63,080 nucleotides of DNA, filler included, from Octopus bimaculoides (GCF_001194135.2; 6 parts of 6 records of this genome joined end to end with filler, not necessarily neighbours in it), one strand, 5' to 3'. Counted from the first letter of the whole stretch, positions 38,718 through 52,739 are shown. The notes: generated from the letters alone by a model not told the origin. Program-made: numbers and translations.

Positions 38718-39173
38718 CACAATTAGATTATTAGTTACTTAAAGACATCAACTAGAGTCTATGGAAACCTTTAGGTTGATAACACTACGTGCTCTGATTT
38801 CCGATCTGGCTGACCTTTTCAATAATTCAGGCTGCCTTAGGTTGCTATACAACAGCTACACGCTATGCCGAATTTAATAATAGTATTTTCTAAGTTTCAC
38901 TTTCGGCAATAATGGACTCATATTGAATTAAGATCTGCTTGATTGCCCAGCGGGATGTCAAGAAGAAGAATTTTCCACAACACTAAATTGCCAAAAAGAA
39001 ATCTGATAACAGGATTAGATGATTACTAAGAGAATATAACATTGGAAAACACTGTGGACGCAAGAAAGAACGGCTATCTGCAATGATTATAAGTGATACG
39101 TATACATGCCTGTATGTATGAGTGTGCATGTGAATGTAACATAAACATTTATGTGTGAGTGTGGGATGCATCG

Positions 39174-39229
<56 letters not shown>

Positions 39230-40372
39230 ATGTATATGCAGACACAAATACATACATGGTCTTAATGATAATCTCTATAGAAGAAACAAAGGGGGAAGAT
39301 ATTCTACACCATTAAATTTTCGCTAGCTAATACAAGTTGTAAAAGATAGGTTTATTTAATTGCGGCACGATGGTTCAAGAATTAAAGAATTAGTGTATAT
39401 GATTAATCAAGACAGGTTAAAATTTGATACAAAATACAGTGCGAAATTAAGACTATGGATAGCAGCACTTCAAAATGAAGAACGCCATTGTTAATGCGTC
39501 TCATGATAATAGACATACTTTACAGAGAAAAGATTTATCTTGACAGTGATATATTTAAAAATGTAATAAAAGATACTTTAGCTACAGCACTCATTATAAT
39601 GTACTTTAAATGATAGGATAATGGTGATTTTAAATAACCAGTATAAATATCGATTTATTTTATATTCTCAATTTCTAAGATTCATTTGGAAAATGAAACA
39701 AGAATGCAGGCGACTGGCGGCTTTCTAGAAATATTTGTGACACAAGGAGGAAGTGTAATAGCTACAATCTCGTTATTATAGGTAGGGTCTTAGCATTCCC
39801 TACCCCATGCTATGAACTATTACATAAAACTCTAAACTGACAGAATTAAGTTGTATTTTTAAATGCATTCTTTAAATACCTCTAAACGAACGAGAGCGAG
39901 TAAAAGCATAAATATTCTCGTATTAGAATCTGTCCAATGAAAATCTTCTTTCTAAAAGGGAAACAAATATATTTTTTGCTTAGGTAAGACATTTTTCCAA
40001 TATTGCTTTGCTTTTAAAACGAAAGAGTATGACATCCGCCAAGAATTTAAAAACACTTGAACATTTTTCAAGAGACATTTTCATACAAAAGTTTACCATA
40101 TTAGTTATTTTATTACTTGCAACTGTCACTTACCCAATTTTATTGATAATAACACGAATTTCTGGCGTTTTTGCTAAGTCATCCATGTTACGACCATCAA
40201 AACTATACTAAATAAAGTGAGAAAATTTGAAACCTGCCATCTGCTTTGTTTTTTAATCCTTAACAGAATAGAAGATTGCAATAGGAAAAAAGTTGTTCTG
40301 AATGAACATAAAGACAAAACTCTTTAAACACAGGACATAGCCTTCCGAAGTGGAAAATAAGATTAGGATGCT

Positions 40373-40415
<43 letters not shown>

Positions 40416-40956
40416 ATGTATCTGTGTATCTATGTATATATGTATACATATACGCATAAACTCGCTCACAATAGCTCATTCATTTACTATTTTACTGGCG
40501 CCAGTCATTGGGACGCAGCTATGTCGAGGCAGAGTATTTTAAGGGTTTAGTCAACCACATCCACGCAAACACGTATTTTAAGTCGGCATCTCTTACTCAA
40601 GTATTTTCGTTTTTATCGACCCACTAAGTCCATGCACTGAAGCAAAGGTTGGTAAAGAGTGTTAATAAATATCAAAGAAGCATGAATAACAAAATCTATC
40701 GATATATGTGTGTGTGTATGTGTGTATGTATGTATGTGTATGTACATTTATATAATGGATGTATATATATATATATATTATATATATGTATACATGTGTG
40801 TGTACATTTGTATAAAGCATGTATATATATATACATATATATATACATATACGTATATATATATATATATATATNNNNNNNNNNNNNNNNNNNNNNNNNN
40901 NNNNNNNNNNNNNNNNNNNNNNNNNNNNNNNNNNNNNNNNNNNNNNNNNNNNNNNN

Positions 40957-40992
<36 letters not shown>

Positions 40993-41482
40993 GGGTGCTG
41001 AAAATTTCATGGCTTTAGCTAAAATGTTATGTAGGAGAAGCAGTTAATTACGTTCTGATACAACGTATTCCCCTCTCAGATTCACACAAAAAAGGCAGCT
41101 GCCCTTCATGTTTTCTAAGTCTTTTGAACTTACAATCAGGACTTTTGCAATATCCTTAAAGCCAGGAACTTTACAGCACCCCATCGTATGTACAAGTACA
41201 TGCGTTCATAACTACGTTAGGATATAGCAGATACAGACATAATGTCGAAGATCTCAATGGAAGAGATAGAGGTATCGTGTACTTGCGTTTGGCGCATCAC
41301 ATAATATACTCGTGCACTCTTCACATCTCAGGCATTCGAAGTCTACATATTTTACTGCATGAAGCGTGGAAGGGTCAAGCAACTGCGCTTGTTTTTTGTT
41401 CGTGGCAACATAAGCAAATAAACAAAACACGGAAAGTGGGATACAATGTTTCAGATTATATTCAGCCGCTAGTGATAGCCAC

Positions 41483-41524
<42 letters not shown>

Positions 41525-44500
41525 NNNNNNNNNNNNNNNNNNNNNNNNNNNNNNNNNNNNNNNNNNNNNNNNNNNNNNNNNNNNNNNNNNNNNNNNNNNN
41601 NNNNNNNNNNNNNNNNNNNNNNNNNNNNNNNNNNNNNNNNNNNNNNNNNNNNNNNNNNNNNNNNNNNNNNNNNNNNNNNNNNNNNNNNNNNNNNNNNNNN
41701 NNNNNNNNNNNNNNNNNNNNNNNNNNNNNNNNNNNNNNNNNNNNNNNNNNNNNNNNNNNNNNNNNNNNNNNNNNNNNNNNNNNNNNNNNNNNNNNNNNNN
41801 NNNNNNNNNNNNNNNNNNNNNNNNNNNNNNNNNNNNNNNNNNNNNNNNNNNNNNNNNNNNNNNNNNNNNNNNNNNNNNNNNNNNNNNNNNNNNNNNNNNN
41901 NNNNNNNNNNNNNNNNNNNNNNNNNNNNNNNNNNNNNNNNNNNNNNNNNNNNNNNNNNNNNNNNNNNNNNNNNNNNNNNNNNNNNNNNNNNNNNNNNNNN
42001 NNNNNNNNNNNNNNNNNNNNNNNNNNNNNNNNNNNNNNNNNNNNNNNNNNNNNNNNNNNNNNNNNNNNNNNNNNNNNNNNNNNNNNNNNNNNNNNNNNNN
42101 NNNNNNNNNNNNNNNNNNNNNNNNNNNNNNNNNNNNNNNNNNNNNNNNNNNNNNNNNNNNNNNNNNNNNNNNNNNNNNNNNNNNNNNNNNNNNNNNNNNN
42201 NNNNNNNNNNNNNNNNNNNNNNNNNNNNNNNNNNNNNNNNNNNNNNNNNNNNNNNNNNNNNNNNNNNNNNNNNNNNNNNNNNNNNNNNNNNNNNNNNNNN
42301 NNNNNNNNNNNNNNNNNNNNNNNNNNNNNNNNNNNNNNNNNNNNNNNNNNNNNNNNNNNNNNNNNNNNNNNNNNNNNNNNNNNNNNNNNNNNNNNNNNNN
42401 NNNNNNNNNNNNNNNNNNNNNNNNNNNNNNNNNNNNNNNNNNNNNNNNNNNNNNNNNNNNNNNNNNNNNNNNNNNNNNNNNNNNNNNNNNNNNNNNNNNN
42501 NNNNNNNNNNNNNNNNNNNNNNNATATATATACATATATATATATATATGTATGTATATATATATGCATATACATATATGTATGTATTATATTCACACAG
42601 GCACTATGTATGCATGTTTGTGTGTGTGTGTGTGTACACGTGTGTGTGTACACGTGTGTGTGTGTGTGTACACGTGTGTGTGTGTGTGTGCGTGTGTGTG
42701 TGTGTGTGTGTATGTGTGTGTGTACATTCAATTATCTCCTGCCATGTGAAACAAGAGATTTTTACCTAAGGCGCCGGTACGTGCTTCTGGTGGGAGATGG
42801 TGTCTGAATGTTCTGTTCATAATTCGACTCTGAAAAATATCGGTGCGTACAAATGGTACAAAAAGTACAAATATGGCCTGACCATTAGAATTTTTGGGCA
42901 GTAGTGTCAAATGTATGCCGTTTCCAAAGCAGGGTAATCACCAATCCCCGGTATCGATGAAAAGTTTCTATGGCGAATAGAATATGACAACGCAACAATT
43001 TGCTGACTGGAAAGACTGGGACCAGAAGCGCATGATCCGTGTCAAGCAAATAAACTCTCGACGCCTAAACAAGTTGGTGTACTCTTTCTCCTCTACTGCT
43101 CTTATATTTGCAGTAGTTATAAGGGCGAACCCAAAAGCTGGAAATATACATTCGGAGATTGTGAATGAAACGCAAGCAAATCCATGCGTAGAACTAACAG
43201 TAAAATGTCAGCTTTTTCAGTCAATTGAAACTAGGTTTACAAGACATTAGAAGAGATGGACTAGACTTGTCATGCCGATGCCTGGCCATCATATGCACAA
43301 AAAAAAAAAAGAAATCTTTTTTACTCTCCACTGAAGAAAGGAACGAAGAAGAGAAGTGTACTTAACAGAAATTTGGAAAAGTCTAGAAGCAATATTTAGG
43401 AGGAGAGAATTGTCGGAAAATAATAAACACGGACTGTAAATGATAATTTGTGATGTGCTCGGAAATGTGATACAGAATGGTTCAAACATTTTGATGATCA
43501 TCTTGATCGTGGAAATCTCTAAAACGACCAAAATAATGCCAGGTCTCTCGCGAGATAAATAAGTCTCCAATGTGCGATAGGACTTGTAGAGCCCGCAGTA
43601 AGTCCACAAAAGCTAAATATGGTAACGGCAAGCAGGACACCTAATTCTATTAATATTATCTTTAAAGTACAACTAATTTCCTCGTATATCCACCTTGCTT
43701 TCATATTGCATTTTTATGTAATAATTATTCAGAAGTTATATAAAGACTTAAGTAGTAATTTTCGTACTCACAGAGTTAGTACTAATTTATGTAATATTTC
43801 ATATATTTTTATCTTTTTTTCTACCAACTTTCTGTGAGTACAACTTCATATAATTGCAATCACCATAAGAATTCTTCACGTTATTTAAATCTTTAGTTAC
43901 TGACGAATATACATAACGTTATTACAAATCTTGCTTTATGTTTTTACTAAAGCAAATTTTTCAGTAAATATTCTTCTTTTAATTAAAAATATTTTTATCA
44001 TTCTGATAAAATTTGGCTTCTTAAAAACTTCTTTCAAATTAGTTCTTTTCATATAATTTTTTTTAATGATGCAAAGGAAATATGCAATGCAGTAAAACAT
44101 CGTTTATTTTTTTCTCTCTAATTACAAAATAATTAAATTTAATAGTTGAAATCATATTTAGTCGAAAAAAATATATAATTGCTTTTCATGTATCTAAGTC
44201 TGAATAATGACTTAATTGAAGATATCCTCTAATCGCGATGGAAAGAAAATTATATATGGAATAAAGTAAATTATCAACATGAAATTAAATTTAATATACT
44301 GTCAGAAACATCAGTAGTAATAACAACAATATTACTGCCATATTTGATGTATAAATGACTTTCGCTTTTCCATATTTTATTTCAGTAAAATTTCAAACTT
44401 TAACTGTTTTTCATTTTTTATTCTGTCAATTCAAACATCCTCAAATCAACGGTTTACATATTTGTAGAAAATTATATTGACATCATAAATTTCAACTTAC

Positions 44501-44825
44501 AATCAACACCGAAAATACACAACTGGTGCATACAAAACACAATATCTTCGTGATTATACTTTCTTCTGGCATATATTTTGCATTTTATTATTGATGTTAA
44601 TTTTTCTCACTTTTCATTTATTGTAAACAAAATTGGAATAATTCATGAACAAATGGTTGCAATAAGTAATTATACTTATTCCTCTATTTTCATAGCTTAT
44701 TCACTGATTACAAAAATAAAATTAGAAATGATCTAATTATAAATCTCACAGAATGTGTTTCCACTAGAAATATATATATATTTGCGAGAGGTTGACAGGC
44801 ATCTTCAACCAGCTGGTTTTGCTAC

Positions 44826-44868
44826 TTCAGGCTGATGAAGAGCAATGACTCAGAAACATGTCCCTGAA
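44826..44868 (+). ncRNA. Type I hammerhead ribozyme motif, stem II slightly disrupted
   Basis: UUCAGG-CUGAUGA-A-GAG(CAAUGA)CUC-A-GAAA-CAUG-UC/CCUGAA. 6-bp stem I, self-complementary ACAUGU stem III, GUC triplet ending at 44862. Confidence 0.7.
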
Positions 44869-46018
44869 TGCAGACTAGGCTGGGTGGCCGTGCTTGTCTC
44901 CCTCTCGCAAATATAAGGACACAGGAAATGTGTCAAGACCGACAGGAAGCGGTCCAGCTTCCTAGGGCTAAATAGCAGAATATGATTCCCTTATTGGGAC
45001 TGTCACATTAAGTTGACAGTATACAACTGCTTTATCGTAACACTGCTGCTTAATTCTCTCTTTGAGATTTATAATTAGATCATTTCTAATATATATATAT
45101 ATATATATANNNNNNNNNNNNNNNNNNNNNNNNNNNNNNNNNNNNNNNNNNNNNNNNNNNNNNNNNNNNNNNNNNNNNNNNNNNNNNNNNNNNNNNNNNN
45201 NNNNNNNNNNNNNNNNNNNNNNNNNNNNNNNNNNNNNNNNNNNNNNNNNNNNNNGCATGCATACATACATATGTATACGTATGTATATATATACATACAC
45301 GCACACACACACACACACGCACGCACACTCACACACCCATATAAGCTTTAATCCTCTATCGATACGTGTAATTCATCGACATGTCTGGTAGTATATTGGG
45401 AAACAAAAATATCTCTTGGTGATTTTTGCAGATAATTAATGGAGTTATTGCCCGACATTTCAGCAATGTGGCTAGAATATCGCGACTTGACATTCTGCCT
45501 CGCATTTTATGGAGACTATAGAAGAGACATAGAGTGTCTCCTATACATTATATATATATTAAGGAAGTCGATAACAAAAAAAAAAAAAAACAACAGAAAA
45601 ACACTAAAGGTAATAAATTGTAATTGTGATTGAATTAATGTTTCAGTGACAAGAGGGCACCTTCATTTACTTTTAAAATGAATGAAACATAACAAAAAAT
45701 TTTGAAATGAATATAATTCTGAAATCAGCAACAAACGCCGTTAAAACACTATAATGTTGAGCTCAGAAACAAACATTATTGAAAACGCTATAAAGTTGAA
45801 CTTTACCAACGTTATTTAGATTATCTTACAACCGTCATTCACCGGTGTAATGAACCAAGAGAAATTTAAAGCTTTAAAAGCCAAACGTAGTGTGTTCTTT
45901 CCATGTCACTTGAATGAGGGTGCTTGTGAGAGTGGAGTGCAGTAGCTGGCGCTAGCAATCTTGTGGTTCAGGTAAGTAGGCCGTTGGTGATATATATATG
46001 CGTGTGTGTGTGTGTGTG

Positions 46019-46060
<42 letters not shown>

Positions 46061-46294
46061 NNNNNNNNNNNNNNNNNNNNNNNNNNNNNNNNNNNNNNNN
46101 NNNNNNNNNNNNNNNNNNNNNNNNNNNNNNNNNNNNNNNNNNNNNNNNNNNNNNNNNNNNNNNNNNNNNNNNNNNNNNNNNNNNNNNNNNNNNNNNNNNN
46201 NNNNNNNNNNNNNNNNNNNNNNNNNNNNNNNNNNNNNNNNNNNNNNNNNNNNNNNNNNNNNNNNNNNNNNNNNNNNNNNNNNNNNNNNNNATAT

Positions 46295-46325
<31 letters not shown>

Positions 46326-49114
46326 TTTAGATACATTCACACACACAGACACACACAAGCACACACATACATATATTTATATAAAAGTGTCTATGTGTGC
46401 AAATTCCATGCTGTTATGATGCACTTTTTCCGCTTTTTATTTTGAAAATTGTTGAGGGATGTAATATTGTTTACTGTATTAAGATTTAAATCGCACCTTT
46501 CTATCATAGAATGAACAAGCACCTCTGAACATTCAGGGACATACAACACCTCCGAGCACTCCTGTACCTTAACGATATGTCCTCTCGAATATACACGATA
46601 CAGACAAATGTAGAAGTCACATTTGTCGCTACAATTAGGTGCAACGCAAATCGACGCACTAATCCAAGACAGTGCTGAGATGCAAGAAATATTAAGATCT
46701 AACTTTTTTAGACTGTGGATAACTCTTGAATTTACGATTTTATAGAGATACACTTGGCTATGAACAAAGTATAATATGTCTAGATTGTCACAATGAATTC
46801 CGTAGAATTCATTACTGTGTGTCAGTCCGTGTTCTGTGATTCTTACCCAGACCAGTATTTCTCAGAATACTTAAACTATCAACACTTCTCTTTTATTATC
46901 CACCATAACATCTCCCTGTTATGTTTGAACATAGCCACTCTTTTTTAATGTACATTAGCATGACATGAAGCAAGAGAATTTACAGGTACTAGTTTGAAGC
47001 GAGTGACAACATCCCGCAATATGGGAATATATTGTAATTGTAGCTGGTAGGTTGTTTATTCTAATAGTAGGTTTATATTTATTTTACGGTTAATATGAGT
47101 TAAAAATCTAAAAACTAAAAGCTAATCAAATGTGTCTATTACTCCCCACTAATCAAATATATACAATCTGTTACTACCCTCCAAAGAAAACGGTACCGCC
47201 CTTGTTTGGAAGCACTGTGGTCGACGAAGCCATGAGCTAACTGGTCATAGAGATCTGCGTGTCACATCTCGTTGTTCAGCCGACTACTTGCTCGTTGATC
47301 AGGGCGGACCTGAGACTATATGGTTAATATACATAACAGTAATATATATACCTCAAAGTCAATCGATAACCAAATTTAGCCATGTATAGATGAAAAAGGC
47401 AGCCAATTATCAAACACTTCTTCTATGACTCATGAATAAATCGCTTGAATGTGTTGACATAACGTGATCCGTGACAAGTTTGAATTTCGTTAACGGAGAG
47501 GTACTAAAATGTGTCACATACTGTAGCTAATTTCAATGTATTATATATTCAATTGTACAATATAATAGAATAAAATAATTCTGTCAGAATATAAATACAT
47601 TCATTCTTCTTGAATAAACTGCAGTTATTGTATACAATATGTAAAATTCTTATCGCAGAGTACTTAATTATAATACGGTAGATATCCACTATAAATTCCG
47701 AATACAATAGATTGGTATTAGGGTAGACGTAAATAAAATATATTTCCTAGCAGCATGCAATAAATTTATTTCTCGAATGCAAAATAAAAGTCCAATGAAA
47801 TGTACTTATCTATGGTCTGGTTACGATTGCTAAAAATTATAAAATATATATCTATTGTATCAAGTTATATGTTCGTTACGGTGGATATAAAACCATAAAA
47901 TGACTGCTCTGAAAGTAGACGATAGTTTTTCTTGATAAATGATTATCATGTACTGAATAATATTTATACTGTGATAATGGATTATTATTAGCTTTGTAGA
48001 CGTCAGTGTTGATTTTTTTTCTATTTGATTTATTGATAAATTTATTCGTGATTATTGTGTATATAAATAAAGTTCTTTTATTAAAAATGTGTGCAGCCAG
48101 ATTATATGAAATGTTATGTTTGTCAATTAAAATTTTATCACATCGTTTTGTTGTTCGTGAAATTTATTTCTTGTTATGAATTTGTTTCTATAAATAAACA
48201 ACTGAGACAAATATTTAATTTGCTACAATTCTTATAAATTTATCTAAAAAGAAAATTAATAAAGATAAATATTAAAATTAAACTAAAAATGTTAATCAAT
48301 AGAAAGATTGTTGACGCCCTAACTCGACTTTTTCCCCTGTTTATTACAAAATTTAAATGTTGAAGTCACATATATGTATGCAAATTGCTAAATAAAGAAA
48401 TCAACTTCTGAATGCTGTACAAGGCTGAAGATTCCCCTTTGAATTGAAATGTATGGAAATCATAGCAACATTTCAAAATAATAAATTCCATCTCATTCAT
48501 AGCAATGTTGGTATAAACTGAATTAACTTGCAATATTATCACGAGATGGACATAATATTTTCATTATAACATAATACCAATTGCCAACGAGAAAGGCGTC
48601 TCTTGAATTCCTATTAAATCTTCTTATTTACCAATCACGTTTGATAGTGATTCTGAGACATGTTTATGGGCATCAAATGTGAATTAGCATGTAATTTTTA
48701 GGTTTCAAAACACCAAACAATTATTTCGTTGCAACACACAAATATAGTCATTGAAATTACAAATTTCTTTGATTTTTCACTCGGCACTTCATACTTCATA
48801 TAATTGATGTTTCCTTGAAATATTTTTCAATAATTTCTCACCGACTCTATTTCCGTTTTTAATTTTTAGCAGAAAGTCGACTATATTTTATCTTATAAAG
48901 TTGGTATTCATAGATTTTCCTCTACAAACACAGGGTTGAAATCGAACCGTCGTCATCAAACATGAGAGGTATGCGAAATTTATTGAAAGTTAATTTCAAT
49001 GTGAAAAAGAAAGAATATTTATTGAAATAAATTTGGCATCAAGCTCTGCAAAAATAATTCAATATATAGTTGTTGTTGTTTCTATTATTGTAGTTGTTTC
49101 ATCTTTCATAGTCT

Positions 49115-49318
49115 TTTACTCTTTTACCCTTTTATTCGATTCAGTCATCTGACTGCGGCCATGCTGGAGTACCGCCTTTAGTCGAACAAATCGACCACAG
49201 GACTTGTTCTTTGTAGGACTAGTACTTATTTTATCGGCCTCTTTTTCCGAACCGCTAAGTTACGGGGACATAGACACACCAGCATCGGTTGTCAAGCGAT
49301 GGTGGAAAGACAAACACA

Positions 49319-49346
<28 letters not shown>
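49115..49346 (-). mobile_element. SINE family B 3' half
   Basis: cagtcatctgactgcggccatgctggagtaccgcctttagtcg...gacaaacacagac; truncated by a gap. Confidence 0.9.
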
Positions 49347-49356
<10 letters not shown>

Positions 49357-49968
49357 NNNNNNNNNNNNNNNNNNNNNNNNNNNNNNNNNNNNNNNNNNNN
49401 NNNNNNNNNNNNNNNNNNNNNNNNNNNNNNNNNNNNNNNNNNNNNNNNNNNNNNNNNNNNNNNNNNNNNNNNNNNNNNNNNNNNNNNNNNNNNNNNNNNN
49501 NNNNNNNNNNNNNNNNNNNNNNNNNNNNNNNNNNNNNNNNNNNNNNNNNNNNNNNNNNNNNNNNNNNNNNNNNNNNNNNNNNNNNNNNNNNNNNNNNNNN
49601 NNNNNNNNNNNNNNNNNNNNNNNNNNNNNNNNNNNNNNNNNNNNNNNNNNNNNNNNNNNNNNNNNNNNNNNNNNNNNNNNNNNNNNNNNNNNNNNNNNNN
49701 NNNNNNNNNNNNNNNNNNNNNNNNNNNNNNNNNNNNNNNNNNNNNGATAAAATTATTCGAAATGCGTTTGACTGCTAATTTTGTGAACAGTTAGAATATT
49801 TTTTATTATATTTAGTCAGAAGCAAGACAACTGCGACATGAGCCACGTCTTTCTATTTCACCATTTGAAGATAAGTGTAAAATGTGAAACCGGTTCGATA
49901 TTTAAATATAGTAATAAGAAATAGTTTAACTATTCTCAGTGCATTTTCAACTTCTATTTTTCCTATGT

Positions 49969-50020
<52 letters not shown>

Positions 50021-50133
50021 GTCTTTAAGATGCAATTTCAATAGTAGAAGGTATTTTGCCGGAGATTCCATGGTTTTAACCGATTCAGATACAACGTCGC
50101 CAGTGGATGCTCACGTGATTTTCCTCTCGCTAC

Positions 50134-50859
50134 CTGTTATCAACGCATAATATTCACTTGTGTGAAATATTATTATTGCAGGATATCAGTATACTTTCTC
50201 AATTTAACTTCACGGAAGTTTTTAAACATAAAAAAAGAACTATGATTTGAAAGATGAAAAGAATCTATATCATTTACATCTGTTTGAAGAATCCATAGCA
50301 ATTTTGTTTCCTCTTTGTACTGTCAGTTTAGTGGTTTAGTTAAGAACAAACTTTAATTCCAAAAACGTAACAATTGTTTCTCTGCAATAGTAACAGCTGT
50401 TTGTTGCTGAGTTTTCAATATCATATTATTACATAAGCTATTTTACAAATAATTGCTTAATTATACATGAACAAATTGCGGCTGTGTACCGGCACAACAT
50501 CGAGTGAGTGGTTGTAATAGTGCTAGCAAAGTTACTCATCTGATGATGTGCCAGCATACTGCATCTGCTAGACCATATTTATTTACGTAATTATGTGTAG
50601 AATAGTCTATGTGGAAATTTCATCAATTAACAACACCAATCACAATCTGTTATCAACGCGTAATATTCACTTGCTCTAAATGTTGTTATGACAGGGCATC
50701 AGTATACTTTCGCGATTTAACTTCACCAAAAGTTTTTAAGCATAAAAAAAAAATTATATGGTTTGGAAGATGAAAATAATCTATATCAGATATATCTGCT
50801 TGAAGAATCTTCAACGATTTTGTTGCCTTCTTTGTTTTGGTGCCGGTTTAGTGGTTTAG
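50134..50859 (+). repeat. Diverged ~210-bp direct duplication (50134-50339 and 50647-50859)
   Basis: Both copies run from ctgttatcaacgc.taatattcacttg through cagtatactttc and gaagaatc to gtttagtggtttag. Confidence 0.85.
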
Positions 50860-52695
50860 CTATGCTTTCTTTCTGTGTTGATACTCTCTTAGGGAATCAA
50901 ATAAAACAAAGCGTTATTGGGAAGGAAACCTTCAACCAAATGATGAGTATAATAATATATACGTTTTCATGTATAAATGTTTGATGTTACAAGCTATAGA
51001 AATACACATAGACGAGAAAGTGAACAGGTATTGCTGCTACTACTGGTATGCTTGGGGCAGTTGTTGTTGATGATGTTGTTCAGACCTCGGCCATTCAACT
51101 ATTCAGAAAAGAAATTTCAGCCGTGACAACACGGCCATTTTTACCAGAAGATTATACCTTGTGTTTTATTAGTAAATGTATTCTTGCTATTTTTAAAGAC
51201 ACTAGTGATATGCTTCCGTGTGATTTGGTTACTATTTCTAGCAGGATGCGTGATCACAAAGAAGATCGCTCAAGGAGTCCTCAAATCGAACAAAAAGAAG
51301 ATAAGTAGATATTTTCTGTTAACAAGCCTCAAAATAGTTGGAATAAAGAGACGAAACGAGTACTACAGGGCGATAAGCGATGGGTAATTCATTAGGATTG
51401 TTTACATAGTGTGTAGGCATCAGTTAGTGAAGTCGCACAATGTTTCTGCACATGCATACACAAACCTAGTTGCGCAGATCTCGTTGAGGAAGCCTGACAG
51501 TTGACTATGCATACAAGTTCTCCTGTTTAAGGTACAAGCCACCGACTTAGCTGAGCTTTGCATGGATGTCATTAAAGACGTTCTGTCAGAACGTCAATTC
51601 CTGTATTGCAAAGTACTTTGCCCGACGCTTTAACGCTTGTGCCAGTCCATTGTCCAGGATTTGTAGGCGTTGCTTTTACTGCCCCCAACGATGGAAAGCA
51701 AAATTGACAACGATGGGATTTGACCTCAGAGAAGTGGAACTCAAAATATATTAGGTTCAACATGGTAAATACTCTGGTGCATCCGTATCTGGTAGCCATA
51801 ATTGTGAATTCCATAGGAATGATGACGCATATATATATATATGCATGAATATATATATATATATATTAGAAGGTTTGGAGGTGATGTACAGGTGTTATGT
51901 ATTAGAAAAAATAATAAGGTACTCAGAGATCTGGATGGTTGTACATTTACAGATTTTTGATTAACATGTCACATGTATTTATAAATCATATATTAGCGCT
52001 TGCATCTACTCTAATAGTTTCTGAAGAATACTCACAAATACATATACATATATATATACATGCATACATGCGTATGTATGTTTATCTAAGTGAGGTGTAT
52101 GCTGCATGCTACTCTGCATACACCTCGGCAGGCCAAGAGTATCTTGATTAAATGAAAGATTACACTATCACAAGGAGGTACATGATCGAATCTTCCATAT
52201 GTTAACATGTACCTCCATGCGACATATACATCCTTGCAACAGTGTAAACATCTAATTAAGATACTCTTTGTCAGACGAGTAGTCTACGGTATACACCTCG
52301 CTTGGAAATTTACCATTTCCGAGATCCGCTCGCTATGAAGCATATGTCTCCCGTATCTTATCTACTCAATTCCTTATCGCTTGTATACCCGGCAACCCTG
52401 GTTGCCTGTGAAGTATTAAAATAAATTTTTTTTAGCTTATCGTACTTCGATACAAAAAAATCTACAACCTTCCGCCTCAATAAACTACTATTGTTCCTGA
52501 AAGTTGCTTTTCATATTTAGTATGGATTGCTTGAAGCTAATTTTCTTCCTACAACTCGATCCTTAGATCTTATATATATATATATATATATATATNNNNN
52601 NNNNNNNNNNNNNNNNNNNNNNNNNNNNNNNNNNNNNNNTTAATTAATTAANNNNNNNNNNNNNNNNNNNNNNNNNNNNNNNNNNNNNNNNNNNN

Positions 52696-52739
<44 letters not shown>

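Noticed and set aside
42771-43170. Frame punctuated only by TGA codons, suggesting a selenoprotein
   Set aside because: No resemblance to a known selenoprotein family, no SECIS identified, and expected by chance.
43289-43612. ~107-codon hydrophobic minus ORF (GPCR- or chemoreceptor-like)
   Set aside because: No family motif, and a few ORFs of this length are expected by chance in 63 kb.
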